NCBI GenBank assembly: GCA_014905635.1
Contig: JABVCE010000020.1
Coordinates: 124,001 to 188,000 of the forward strand
Source: Scenedesmus sp. PABB004
Lineage: Eukaryota
Direction of reading: 5' to 3'
DNA: 64,000 nt
The notes below the pieces were generated by a model that ran no database searches, had not been told where the DNA came from, and saw only the letters and a program-made list of their open reading frames with translations. The translations under genes and the position numbers were made by a program. Positions 48,663 through 61,053 of this stretch are shown here, one piece after another (position 1 is the first letter of the stretch; the number at the start of each line of letters is the position of its first letter).

Positions 48663-49537
48663 ATGGGCGGCGTGAAGGCGCTCTTGCTCTACCGCCTGCC
48701 CAAGGGCGTGCCGCCCACCAAGGCCGACGCGGGTGCGGGCGTCGCGCAGCGGCGGGCAGCGCGCGCCGCTGCGCCGCCGCTGCGCCGCCGCCCGCCGCCG
48801 GCGCGGCGCGCGCGCCGCCCACCCGGCCCCGCGGCCCCGCAGAGCGCATCATCGGCGTGCTGGTGGACCAGCTCGCCTGCACGCAGGTCGACGCGCGCAG
48901 CGGCGGCGGCGAGAAGCAGCTCGAGGCGGTGATCAGCATCTTCAAGCAGGCGCCGGTGCGGCGGCCGCTGTGTGCGCGCGCGCCGCTCGCCGCTGCCAGG
49001 CCGGCGTGGCGGCTGCCCACGGCCGCCGCGGGCGCAAGCAGGCGCGGCGGGCGGCGGGCCCCCGAGCCCCGCCGCCTCGCGCGGCGCCCCCGCTGCCGCG
49101 CAGGCGCCCGACCAGAGCGCGGTCGCGTCGCCGGTGGCGCTGCGGGATGTGTGGCTCTTCCGGCTGCACCGCGAGGCGCCGGCCAAGGCCTTCCTGCTGC
49201 TCAAGTGAGGCGGCGGCGGCCCCGGTGCCGCGCGGCCAGCGGCGGCGGCCGCGGCCGCGGCGCCGCGCGCGGGGTGGTGCGCGCACGCGCACGCGCACGC
49301 GCGCGCGCACGCGAGCTGTGCGCGAGCGCGCCCGCCCCGCTGCCGCCGCCGCGCGCGCAGGGGCGGCAGCGAGCTGCGCGTGACGGAGGCGGAGCCCAAC
49401 GTGCGGGCCTTCCTGGAGCGGCGGCTCGAGTACCGCCAGCGCGCGCAGGTCGCCATCCAGGTGCGCCGCCGCGCGGCCGCTGCCCGGCCGCCGCCTCCGG
49501 GTCGCCGCCGCGGCTGGCGAGTGCGGGACGCCGCCCT

Positions 49538-49573
<36 letters not shown>

Positions 49574-50006
49574 ACCGCCGCTCACGCGTGCGGCCGCCGC
49601 AGAGCTACACCTGGGCGATGGGCGACAAGCACAGCGACGTGACGGTGAAGCTGCTGCAGGTGTCGCAGCAGGCGCAGACGCCCAAGGTGCTGGCGGTCGA
49701 GCTGACATACCACCCGGTCGCCGACTGCGCGGCGGGGCAGCCGGTGCTGGCGGGCCTCGCCGAGCGCATCGCGGCGCTGGTGCAGCCAGAGGCGGGGGGC
49801 TCGCCCGGCGCGTGAGTGTGGGCGCGGCGCGGCGCGGCGCGGCGCGGGATGGCGCGGCGTGGCCCAGCACATGCCGCCGCCACCGCAGGCTGGTGCTGCT
49901 GGACCCCAGGTACGGCAGCGTCGTGGAGCTCGCCGACGCGTTTGGCCCGCTGCACAGCGTGGTCGCGTACAACGAGCTGCTGGCGGAGGGCCTCGGCGCG
50001 CGGTGA
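48663..50006 (+). CDS. MED20: Mediator complex subunit 20
   Basis: Spliced product MGGVKALLLY...RDVWLFRLHREAPAKAFLLLK|..RVTEAEPNVRAFLERRLEYRQR..|..GD...LAVELTYHPV...LADAFGPLHSVVAY follows the plant MED20 pattern as I recall it (VKWLLYW, IVLEAD, EVEYLP, YTPQHTAV.Y). Confidence 0.75.
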
Positions 50007-50542
50007 CACGGCCAGCACGCCCCGCTGCGGGCTGAGCAGCACACCGGGCTGGGCAGCTCTGCCTGCCACGCGCTGGGCAGGCAGTATGTGTTACAGCCGC
50101 CACACCAGGCAACGCCGGCCCCACACGGACCCGCAGCGCCGCCACGCGCCTGCCGCGCGCCGAGCGGGCGAGCGACGAGCAGCGGCGGTGCGGTGACGTC
50201 CGCGCCCGTGCCGCACGCAGGCCGTGCGTTCGCCGCCGTTCCGCACTGCTGGGTCGACCCAGGCGCCCAGCCGCGCTGCCAGCCCCGGACGCGCCCGCCA
50301 GGCCCTGCTTCCCGGGCCCTGCTCGGGCTTGCGAGCCCCTCCCCGCTCGACCAGGCCGCGCCGCCGCTCCGCCGCCGTGCCGTTCGCCCCGCCTCCATCG
50401 CACCGTCACCTTCGCACTGGCCCAGCGGCGCGCTGCCGCGGCCCACCGCGCACTGCGAGACCACCCCGGGCAATCCGCTGTCGCAGCGCGCCCTGGGCGG
50501 CGGTCAGGCCTCGCCCGCACGCGCTCCGCAAGCCAGGCAGTC

Positions 50543-52952
50543 ATGCCCAGCCGCAGCGGCCACGCGCCGGCGCGGCACGCGCTCGCACTGGCGGCGGCGC
50601 TGGCGCTGTTGCTCGCGGCCGCCCCGGCCGGCGGCGCGGCGGCGCGCGGGCCACGGCGCGGCCTGCTGGCTGAGGGGGCCGGCTCGCGGGGCCTGCTGGC
50701 CGCCACCGCCGCGCCCGGCAAGGTGTGTAAGCCCGGCACCGGCGTGACGCTGGGCGCAGGCAAGCGCGGCACTTGGTGCCGGCCGTGCAAGGCCGGCACC
50801 TGGTCTGCCGGCGGCCTCAACGCCAAGTGCAAGGCCTGTCGGCAGGGCTACAAGACCGTTGGAGAGGGCGCGACGAGCTGCAGCGACTGCCGGGGCGGCT
50901 ACGGCCTGCCGTTGAACGCAACAGACGTCTGCGAGCCCTGCCCAGCCGGCACGTGGCGCGACGCCAAGCCGGGCGCGGGCATCCAGCCCTGCAACGCGTG
51001 CCCCATGCTGACGACGACAGCAGGCCCCGGCGCCAAGAGCGTCGCCGCCTGCAACCAGAGCCTGGCCCTCCCCGACGACCCGACCGCGTCGGCGCTCCTG
51101 CGCGGCGCGGCGGAGCTGGGCCCGCAGCCCAGTGATGGTGCGCTGGCGTCGTGGCGTCCCGACACCAACCCCTGCACCTGGCGAGGCGTGGTCTGCTCAG
51201 TGCCGCGCGTGGTTAATTGGCTCAACGTTGAACTCGCAGGGCCGTGCACCGGCCGCCTGCCGCGCGCGTGGGGCGAGCTCGGCCCCGGGCTGGAGTTGCT
51301 GGCCATCACTAGCTACGGCAGCGCCAGCCTCGCCGACTCGTCGTGGCCCGTGGAGTGGCGCAACCTCGCCGGCCTCAAGCGCATCCGGCTCGAAGGCATG
51401 GGCATGACCGGCGCGCTGTCGCTCGCGGCGCTGCCGCCCGAGTGTGGAGAGCGTGACGCTTATCAACAACCGCTTCACCTCCCTGGCCGACGACCTGGCG
51501 TCGGGCGCGCCCCCCGCGCTGGCTCAACTGGTCATCGTGCAAGATCCCCCTGCGCACCCCATCGGCGGGACGCTGCCGGCGTCGTGGGCCGCGCTCGCAA
51601 CGCTGCAGGCGCTAGTCCTCCGCAACCAGGCGCTGACCGGCCCGCTGCCTGCCGCTTGGGGCGCCGGCATGGTGACACTTAGAGAGCTGTACTTGGGCGG
51701 CAACGCGCTGACCGGCCCCCTGCCTGCCGCCTGGGGCGACGGCATGGCGGCGCTGATGTGGCTGGACCTGTCGCACAACGCCATCACGGGGCGCCTTCCC
51801 GATGCGTGGGCCGGCATGGCCATGGCCAACCTCACGTCGCTGGACCTGTCGTACAACAACCTGACCGGCCCCATCCCTGAGGCCTGGGCCGACGGCCTGG
51901 CGGCGCGGGGGGTGATGAAACCGCGGATGATGAAACTGGACCTGTCGCACAACGCGCTCAATGGGTCACTGCCCGCCAGGGCGCTGAGCAACGTGTCGGT
52001 CCTGGACCTCAGCTACAACCAGGTGCGGCGCCTGGCCGGGCGGCGGCGCGGCGCAGCAGCGCGCTGGCGTGGGCAGGCCCCGCGCGCGGGCTGCGCTGGC
52101 AGCTCACGGCAGGCTCGTGTGCGCACCGACCTGCGCCCTGCCATGCCGCGCTGCCGCCGCCCCGCAGCTGACGGGCCGCATCGACGGCTGGGCGGGATGG
52201 ACACCGGCTGTAAGCTGCTCCCTAAGCCTGAACCTCGCCCACAACCAGCTCACCGGCCCGCTGCCCGAGGCGCCGGGGGGCAGGGATGGCTTCATTGACC
52301 TGTCGTACAACGCCCTCACCTCCACGCTGCCGGCCGCCTGGGCACGCTGGGATGTCAATCAAGGTGGGCTGTCGCGCTGTGCTGTGACCACTGCCGCCGG
52401 TGCTCGAGCGCGGGGCATGCTGCTGGCAGGCCCAGCCGGACGCCATGTGACCATGGCGTCCGCCCCACATCTGCTGCCGCAGGCTGTGGCGTGGGCGTGA
52501 ACCTCAACCTCGCCGGCAACCAGCTCCGCGGCCCGCTGCCGCCCGAGTGGGGCGCCCGGTCGTCGCCCAAGCCGCACACGACGACGCTGTCCGGCCTCAA
52601 CCTCACTGGCAACCCGCTCGACGCCACGCTGCCGCCCGAGTGGGGCAACAGCACAAGCCTGAGGACGCTGGACGCGCGGTTCTGCGGCCTGCGGGGCTCG
52701 ATTCCAGCTTCAGCGTGGGCTCCGATGACGCTCTCTGCACTTGGCATCAGTGACAACCCAGACCTCTCTGGCTGCCTGCCCCGCGCATGGCTCAAGCTAA
52801 AGGGCTACACGTTGCTGCTGGTGCCACCGACCGGGTGCGAGCTGCCGGAGGGCTGCACCACGTCGGTGCCGCTGAGCGCGCTGGAGAGCGGCGCGCCGCT
52901 GGACCCGGACCCGCTGCACGGCACCAACGTTACTGGCATGTGCGCGCCGTAG
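50543..52952 (+). pseudogene. LRR cassette copy 3; +1 frameshift at ~51440
   Basis: Same signal, Cys-rich and LRR layout; ctgccgcccgagtgtggag has one extra base versus LPPSVE in the paralogues; ends HGTNVTGMCAP*. Confidence 0.8.
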
Positions 52953-52989
52953 CGCCTCTGTGCAGTGCGAGGGGCGCGCGCGTGCGTTG

Positions 52990-53850
52990 CTTGCACCACC
53001 AGAAGCACGCTTGTGCCGAACCGGCAAACGCATTGAGGACAAGCTGTTTGCGCCTGCCAGCATGACCGCGCTCGGGGGAGCTCATGGCGTGGGGCGCGGC
53101 CGCCAGGCTTGGCGTGGGCCGCCGCACTTAACAGGGGAGCATTCGCTGCTGCGGCGGGGGTGGGTGTGGTGTGGGCGCGGCTGGCTGCGGGAGGCGCTGG
53201 TTTTTCAATGACAGGTGGGAAGCACTCCCGGCGGCATGCCGGCGCTGCACGGCTGCTGGGCGGCTCGCCCCAACCAAGATCGGGGCGGCTGGCCAAGGCT
53301 GCGGCGCATGCACAGCGCTGGTGGGTGGTGGCGGCGGTGACGTGGTGCGGGGGACGCGACGCGCAGGCGCGGTGCCGCTGTGTTGCATGTGCGCTGGGGC
53401 ACCGGATGCACTGACCTGGCTGGGCGTGCCGGCTGCTGCGCTCAGGCAACCGCAGGGGCTTTCGTGACGTTTCATGGCGCTGGCTGTGCGCGTGTGCTGC
53501 AAGCTGGCGCGGGGCATTCACCAGACTGCCGAGGTGGGGGCCACTAGCCAAGGCTGCCGGAAAGTCCTGGACGTGGGGGGCTTGTGGCGCCGATCGGCGC
53601 TCGCGAGCCACCGTGCTGCATGTGCTGTGGTGGGACGCCGGATGCAAGTCCTTGGGTGGCGGCTGGGCACGGCGTCTGCTGTGCGCTCGAGCAACTGCTG
53701 GGGCGTCCACCGCGCTGCGCTGCAGGAGTGGCGCTGGCGGCGCGCGTCCGCTGCCGGGCCGGGCATTCACCAATTCATAGGCGTGGCTGCAGGATTGAGC
53801 TTCTTTTTGGACTGGCCTGTGCGGCGCACTGCCACTTGGCAATGGCGGCT
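52990..53850. repeat. Downstream flank of LRR copy 3, inverted homologue of ~10240-10875
   Basis: attcaccaattca (53765) vs tgaattggtgaa (10312); gtctgctgtgcgctcgagcaactgctgggg vs ccccagcagttgcttgagcgcacagcagac. Confidence 0.85.
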
Positions 53851-54325
53851 GCCCGCTCTACGCAACCCGCACGCCGGCTCGCGCGCGACGCGCACTGGCA
53901 GCCCTGGCGGGCCCTAGCGGAGCGCACCGCCCGTCCTCGGCGCGCGGTGAGCTGCCCCTGGGGACCGTCTGCGCCGCCGCCGTCGCCCCAGGCGCAACCG
54001 CCGCGAACCGCCGGCAAGTGAAGCAGCGGCACCAGCTAGTTACGCCGGGCGTGCGCCGCCTTGCGCCGGCCAAGCCTCGCCGCGCGCCGTGCCCCTGACC
54101 CTACGTAGACCCGGCACCACTCCCAGCCAACGCACAGCCGCCCACGTCCACCGGGCAGCGCGCATCGCGCAGACGAGTGCGCGCGACCCCGCGCTGCAGG
54201 CAGCTTCGGCCGCGTCTCATACCAATTCGAGGGCGACCCGCGGTCAGAGCGTTCTGTGCGGGCGGCGGGAGGCTGCAGGGCAGCGCTCGCGTGCGGGCCC
54301 TTCGTGGCACCGGCCGCGCCGGCCC

Positions 54326-57241
54326 ATGCGCCGCCGCGCGGCGTGCGCGTGGGCGGCGCCGCTGGGTGCCGCCCTGGTGCTGGCGCTGGCGCTGCCGGCG
54401 CGCGCAGCGAGCGGGTACGCCTGCACGCCAGCCGGCGCCAAGTGTTGCCCCGCCGGGCAGCGCTGCGGCGAGGGCGGGCTGCCCGGGTGCTCTGCCGGCT
54501 CCAAGCGTGAGCGCGCCGCGCGCGCGAGTCGCACGGCTGCGCGGCGCTGCGCCGCCGACCGCCGCACGCGCCGCCGCGCAGGCCCGTCGTGGCTCTACGG
54601 CTGCGCCGGCGAGTCATGGAACGCGGGCTCCGAGCGCCTGCCCGTCGACTGGAGCTACGCGGGCTACGCCGCGGGCGAGCGGCCCATCCCGAACAAGCCG
54701 GCATCGTCCGACGTCAGGGCGTTTGGCGCCAAGGGCGACGGCGCGAGCGACGACACCGCCGCGATCGCGCGCGCGGTCGCCGCGGCGCGCGACGGCGGCG
54801 TGGTGTTTTTCCCGCCCGGGCGCTACGTCGTGACGTCGCGCATTGACATCCGCAAGTCGGTCGTGCTGCGCGGCGCGGGGCGGCGCGCCACGGTGCTGTT
54901 CTTCCCCCGCAGCCTCGCCGACGCGCACGGCAACCGCGGCGGCTGGGGGCACGGCACGTGCTTCATCAACTTCTGGGGCTGGTGCGCTGAACGCAGACTG
55001 CGCGGCCGGGCTGGCCGCCTCCGCCGCCGCGCGCGCGCACGCGCGCGCGGGCGCGAGCGCCGGCCGCCGGCCGCCGGCACCGCAGGAACCCGGTGCGCTG
55101 GGACACGCAGCTCGCGCGCGTCACGTCGGGACGCCTGCCGCGCGGTGCCAAGACGCTCGACGTGGACAGCACAGCGGGCATCAAGCCCGGCGCGTGGGTG
55201 CGCCTCGTGCTGCGCGACTCGCGTGAGCGGCGCGCCGCGCCGCGCCGCGCCGCGCAGCAGGGCATCTGGGGGCCCAGCCACGGGGCGCCCACACCCGCGC
55301 CCAGCGCAGCCGTGACGCCGCCTGCACCTCTCGTGCGCCCGCGCGCTGCGCAGCTGAGGTCTTCAAGGCTGTGCTGATGAATGGTCTCATGGAGCCGGGC
55401 TGGTGCGCCGCGGGGGGCCTCCTTGGCCCTGCCGCCGGGGCGCCGGGGCCGTGGGGGACGGTGTGGACGCGCGGCAACCTCAGCCGCTCACACGCGCCGC
55501 GCCCGCGCCGCCCGCGTGTGTGTGCACATCAGGCCCAGCAGCGCCGCAAAGAACATCGTCCGCTTCACGAGCCGCGTGGCGTCGGTGGGCGGCGGGCGCG
55601 TGACGCTCGAGCGGCCCCTCCCCTGGGAGGTGCGTGCGCTGGCGGCCGCGCTGCGCCGCGGCCGCGCCGGCCTGGCCGCGTCCCGAGCGCCCGCCGCTGC
55701 CGTGGCAGGTGCGCGGCGAGTGGGGCCCGACGCTGCACGCGGTGCGGCCCACGGTCACCGAGGCGGGCGTGGAGCACATGACGCTGGAGTTCAAGTGGAC
55801 CAAGTGAGCCCGGGCGCACGCTGCGGGCCGCACGCGCTGCCCCCCCCCCCTGCGCACGAGCTGCCCGCGGCCGCATGAAGTCGCGTTGCTCGTGAGGTGC
55901 GTGCGGGCTGGCGCCCCTGAGCCCTCACCCCTTGAACCCTAAACCCCTGCCCCCCAGGTACAACGGGCACCTGAAGGAGGACGGCCTCAACGCGATCCAC
56001 TTCAACCAGCTCGCCCAGAGCTGGGTGCGCGACGTGGCCATAATCAACGCCGGTGGGCGCCGCGGCCGCGCCGGAGGCCGCGCCGGGGGCGGGCAGGCAG
56101 CGCGTGGGCAGCGCGGGGCCGCCGGCGCGCGGCGCGGCGCGCGGCGGCTGAGCGCGGAGGGCCGCGCCGCGCCGGGCGCAGACACTGGCATCTACATGTG
56201 GGGCGCCTCCTTCTGCACCATACAGGACGTCGAGCTGGGCGTCACCAGGTGCTGCGCGCGCGCGTGCCGGGCTGTGGGCGCGGGCCGGGCCGGACGAGGA
56301 GGGCGCGGGGGCGTGGCGGGACGGTGCACCCCAGGCCACCCCGCGCGCGCACCGACAGGCCGCCGCCGCCGCCGCCGCCGCCGCCGCAGCTTGCGCGCGT
56401 CTGCGGCGTACGACTACTGGGGCGGCCGCGACCGCAACGGCCACCGCGGGGTGTGGACCGAGGTGCGGCGCGGGCCCCTGTCCCCCGCCCCCGCCCCCGC
56501 CCCCGCCCCCGCCCCCCCCGCCCCCGCCCCCGCCCCTGCCTCGCCCGCCCGCTCGCGCCGCCGCCGTCGCCGCTGACGCGCCGCGCCCGTCCGGACGGGC
56601 GCAGTTTGGTGAGGCCAACCTGATGCAGCGCATCGCCGTCGCGGCGCCGTACGTTCACGACTTCAGGTGCGCGCAGCAGCGGCGCGCCCGCTCCTGCCCA
56701 TGCCCCCCGCTCCCCTGCTCACCGCGCCGCTGCTCACCTCCACGCCGCCGCGTCCGCGCGCCGCGCCGCCCCCGGCTCGCGGCGCAGCGTCGCAACGGGC
56801 GAGTTCAACAGCGTCTGGGCCGACTCCTGGGGCGCCGACCTCAACCTCGACTTCCACAAGGGCGGCCCGTACGCCAACCTGTGAGCCTGCAGGGGGGGGG
56901 GGGGGCAGCCGTGCCCCAGCTGCGCTGTGCGGCGTGGCGCGCGGACACGCGGGCGCGCGGCCCACGGCCCTGCACCCACCCGACTCTCTCCCCTCCGGCT
57001 TGGTCCCTCGCCGTGCCCGGCAGGTACACCAGCCTGGACCTGGGGCGGGGCACGCGGCCGTTCCGGTCCGGCGGCGGCCCGGGCGCCGGCCCGCACAGCG
57101 GCGCGCACCAGACGTTTTGGAACATTAAGGCACCCGCGCCCCTGCCGCTGCCGGACGCCGGCTTCGGGCCGGCGATGACGCTCGTCGGCGTGCCGACGCG
57201 CGACGCGGCCGCGAGCCGCGTCGCGGCGCGCTGGGTGCAGG

Positions 57242-57290
<49 letters not shown>

Positions 57291-57348
57291 GGCGAGCTTC
57301 CCGGCCAACCTGTGGGCAGCGATGCGGCGCCGCCGCCTGGGCTGGTGA
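54326..57348 (+). CDS. Secreted right-handed beta-helix protein (Pectate_lyase_3-type N-terminal motif), multi-exon
   Basis: Signal + small Cys-rich module; DWSYAGY, DVRAFGAKGDGASDDTAAI, VVFFPPGRY, VVLRGAG; GVEHMTLEF, SWVRDVAI, NLDFHKGGPYANL, HSGAHQTFWNI. Confidence 0.85.
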
Positions 57349-57855
57349 CGGCGCGCTGGACGTGGGGGCGGCGTGCCCAGGTCCGAGTGCGCTCCTCGGC
57401 GTCAGGCCGTCACCAGGCAACGCCGGCCCCACACGGACCTGCCGCGCCGCCACGCCTGGCGCGCACCGAGCGGGCGACCGGAGGAGCAGCGGCGGCGCGG
57501 TGACGCTGCGCCCGTGCCCCGCACGCAGGTCATGTGCGTCCACCACAGCTCCTCAGTGCTGATTCAGCCCAGCCCAGACGCCTAGCCGAGCTGCCAGGCC
57601 CTGGACGCGCCAGGCCCTGCTTCCCGGCCCGGGATCCCGGCTGTACCCGCTTTCTCCCGCTCGACCAGGCCGCACCGCCGCTCCGCCGCCGCGCCGTTCG
57701 CTCCGCCTCCATCGCACCGGCACCTCAGCGCTGGCCCAGCGGCGCGCTGCCGCGGGCCACCGAGCGCACGAGACCAACCCGGGCAATCCGCTGTCGCAGC
57801 GCGCCCCGGGCGGCGGGCAGGCCCCGCCCGCACGCGCTCCGCCTCCCAGGCAGTC

Positions 57856-60426
57856 ATGCCCAGCCGCAGCGGCCACGCGCTGGCGCGGCACGCGCTCGCA
57901 CTGGTGGCGGCGCTGGCGCTGCTGCTCGCGGCCGCCCCGGCCGGCGCCGCTGCGGCGCGCGGGCCCAGGCGCGGCCTGCTGGCGAATCAGCGTGGCTCCC
58001 GCGGCCTGCTGGCCTCCGCCGCTGCGCCCACCGTTACCTGTTCGCCCGGCAGCGGCGTGTCGGACGGCGGCGCCGGCGAGTGCGCGCCGTGCAAGCGCGG
58101 CACCTGGTCGGCGGGCGGGCCGGGCGCCAAGTGCCAGGCCTGCAAAAAGGGATATACCACGATCAAAGAGGGCTCTACATCATCGTGGCCTTGCCAGTAC
58201 TGCCAGGACGGCTACGGTCGGGGGGCGCCCGGCAAAGGCTGCGTTCTCTGCCCGACCGGCACATGGAGCGCCGCCACGCTGGGCTCGCGCATCAAGCCCT
58301 GCAACGCCTGCCCCTTGCTAACAACGACGGCAGGCCCCGGCGCCACGAGCGTGGCCGCGTGCAACGTGACCCTCGCCCTCCCCGACGACCCGCGCGCGTC
58401 GGCGCTGCTGCGTGGCCTGCTGGAGCTGGGCCCGCAGCTCGGCACTCCATACTTGGCACCCACCGACTGGCACCCCGGCACCGACCCGTGCACATGGCTG
58501 GGCGTGAGCTGCTCAAACAGCACGCCGCGCGTGGTCACAGGGGTCGACATCGCCCTCACAGGACCGCGGACCGGCCGCCTGCCGCGCGCGTGGGCCGAGC
58601 TCGGCCCCGGGCTGGGGGAGCTGAGCATCAACGTCCAAAACATCAGGGGCCAGAACTACAGCCAGGCTGGTCTCAGCAACGCGTCGTGGCCCGTGGAGTG
58701 GCGCAACCTCACCGGCCTCAAGAGCCTCTCCCTCGGCAACGTTGGCACGACCGGCCCGCTGTCGCTGGCGGCGCTGCCGCCGAGCGTGGAGAGCGTGTGG
58801 CTTTCTGACAATCGCTTCACCTCCCTGGCTGACGACGAGCCGGGCGCGCTGCCCCCGCTGTGTGGCCTTCTCGTCATCCAATACTCTGAGCTGACCTGCG
58901 CGTCGGTCAAGACTCTGCGCACCGCATCGGCGGGACGCTGCCGGCGTCGTGGGGCGCGCTCGATGCACTGCAGTCGCTCGACCTCCCCAGCCAAGCACTG
59001 ACCGGCCCGCTGCCCGGGGCGTGGGGCGGCATGGCGGCCCTCACCTCTCTCGACCTGTCGTACAACAACATCAGCGGCCCCCTGCCCGGGGCGTTGGGCG
59101 GCATGGCGGCGCTCACCACTCTTGATTTGCGCAACAACGCGCTCAGCGGCCCGCTTCCCGAGCCGTGGTCCGGCATGGCGGCGCTCCAAGATCTGCGCCT
59201 GAGCGGCAACGCCCTCGACGGTCCCCTGCCTGCCGCCTGGGGCGCCGGCATGGCGGCGCTCACGTTGCTGGACCTGTCGCACAACGCCATTATGGGGCCC
59301 CTTCCCGATGAGTGGGGCGGCCTGGCGAACCTCACATCAATGCAACTGTCGTACAACAACATCAGCGGCCCCATCCCTGACGCCTGGGCCGGCGGCCTGG
59401 CGGCGCTGCAAACTCTGCAGCTGTCGCATAATGCCTTCCATGGGTCACTGCCCGCCAGGGCGCTGAGCAACGTGCCGGTCCTGGACCTCAGCTACAATCA
59501 GGTGCGGCGCCTGCCTGGCTGGGCGGCGGCGCGGCGCAGCGGCGCGCTGGCGTGGGCAGGCCCCGCGCGCGGGCTGCGCTGGTCACGGCACGCTCGCGTG
59601 TGCACCGACCTGCCGCGGAACCGCCGCCCGCAGTTGACGGGCCGTATCAACGACTGGGCGGGGTGGATGCGGGTGGGGGTGGAGCATCAGTGGTGCTTGA
59701 GAGGGATGACATTCGATCCCACCCTCAACCTCACCCACAACCAGCTGACCGGCCCGCTGCCCGAGGCGTTGATCGGACGGTCTGGCGGCATCGACCTGTC
59801 GGACAACGCCCTCACCTCCACGCTGCCGGCGGCCTGGGCGCGTGGCGAAGGTGCGGACTGGCGGGCTGCCGCCGCTGGTGGTGTTCGAGCGACCGCCGCG
59901 GCTGCAAGCGCGGTACGCTGCAGGGGGCAGGCCCAGCCACATTGCATGACCGCGGCAAACTTGCCGCCGCCACCAGGCTGTGCCGAGGGCGTGAACCTTC
60001 ACCTGGCCAACAACCAGCTCCGCGGCCTTGCTGCCGCCCGAGTGGGGCGCCTGGTCGTTGCCCAAGCCGCAGACGACGACGCTGTCCGTCCTCAACCTCA
60101 CCGGCAACCCGCTCAACGCCACGCTGCCGCCCGAGTGGGGCAACATCACAAACATGTGGCCGCTGTATGCGAGGTCCTGCGGCCTGAGGGGCTCGATTCC
60201 AGCGGCGTGGGCGCCAATGCAGTTCATTGACCTGGGCATCAGCGACAACCCGGAGCTCTCCGGCTGCCTGCCGCGCGCGTGGCTCGACGGTGGCCTGACG
60301 CTGCTGTATTATCAGCCCAACTGCACCTGCACCATGAGCGTGCAGCTGAGCGAGCTGGCGAGCGGCAAGACGCTGGACCCGGACCCGCTGCGCAACACGC
60401 AAATCGTCGGCATTTGCCCTGTGTGA
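57856..60426 (+). pseudogene. LRR cassette copy 4; frameshifts at ~58895 and ~60028
   Basis: Frame switches from IQYSELT into LRVGQDSAHRIGGTLP; cgcggccttgctgccg has an extra base versus RGPLPP; ends LRNTQIVGICPV*. Confidence 0.8.
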
Positions 60427-60859
60427 GCGCCGCCGCTGCTCAGCGCGAAAAGCGTGCATGTTTTCGCACACCCGGCACGCTTGTGCCGACCCGCGGTGCG
60501 CGCGCTGCAGGCGCCGGGACCCGTGACGATGCTGCGTGGACGGCAGGCGGCCAGCAGCGCGCCGCGTGGTCAGGAGCGCCTAGCGTGGGTCGCCCGCTGG
60601 TCGCGCGCGTTGAGGCTTGAACTTTCTTCGTGCACAGGCACTGGACCGCCTCACTGCGCTTGAGGCTTGCAGGAAGGGGTTTTGCCGCGTGTGGCAGCAT
60701 GACTGCGCTTAAGGCAGAAGCTCAAGACGTGCTGCTGCGCGTGCTCGTGCAGCGCACGGCGTGGGCCGCGTGGGGCGCGGCCCCCAGACCTGGCGCCGGC
60801 CGCCGGACTGAACAGGAAGCATGCGCTGCTGTGGCGGGGGGTTGGTGTGGGCGCCGCCG

Positions 60860-61053
60860 GCTGCGGATGTGCTTTGGTCGTTCAGTGGCAGGGGCTGGCG
60901 GGGGCGAGCGCCGCTGGCTGCGAATATGCTTGGTCGGTCAATGGCAGGGGCTGGTGGGGGCGGGCGCTGCTGGCTGCGGATGTGCTTGGTCGTTCAATGG
61001 CAGGGGCTGGTGGGGGCGGGCGCTGCTGGCTGCGGATGTGCTTGGTCGTTCAA
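60860..61053 (+). repeat. 56-57 bp minisatellite (about 3.5 units) in the LRR downstream flank
   Basis: gctgcggatgtgcttggtcgttcaatggcaggggctggtgggggcgggcgctgctg; units start at 60860, 60917, 60973, 61029. Confidence 0.9.

Noticed and set aside
60860..61053. CRISPR-like regularly spaced repeat
   Set aside because: Intervening sequences are near-identical rather than unique spacers, no cas genes, eukaryotic context
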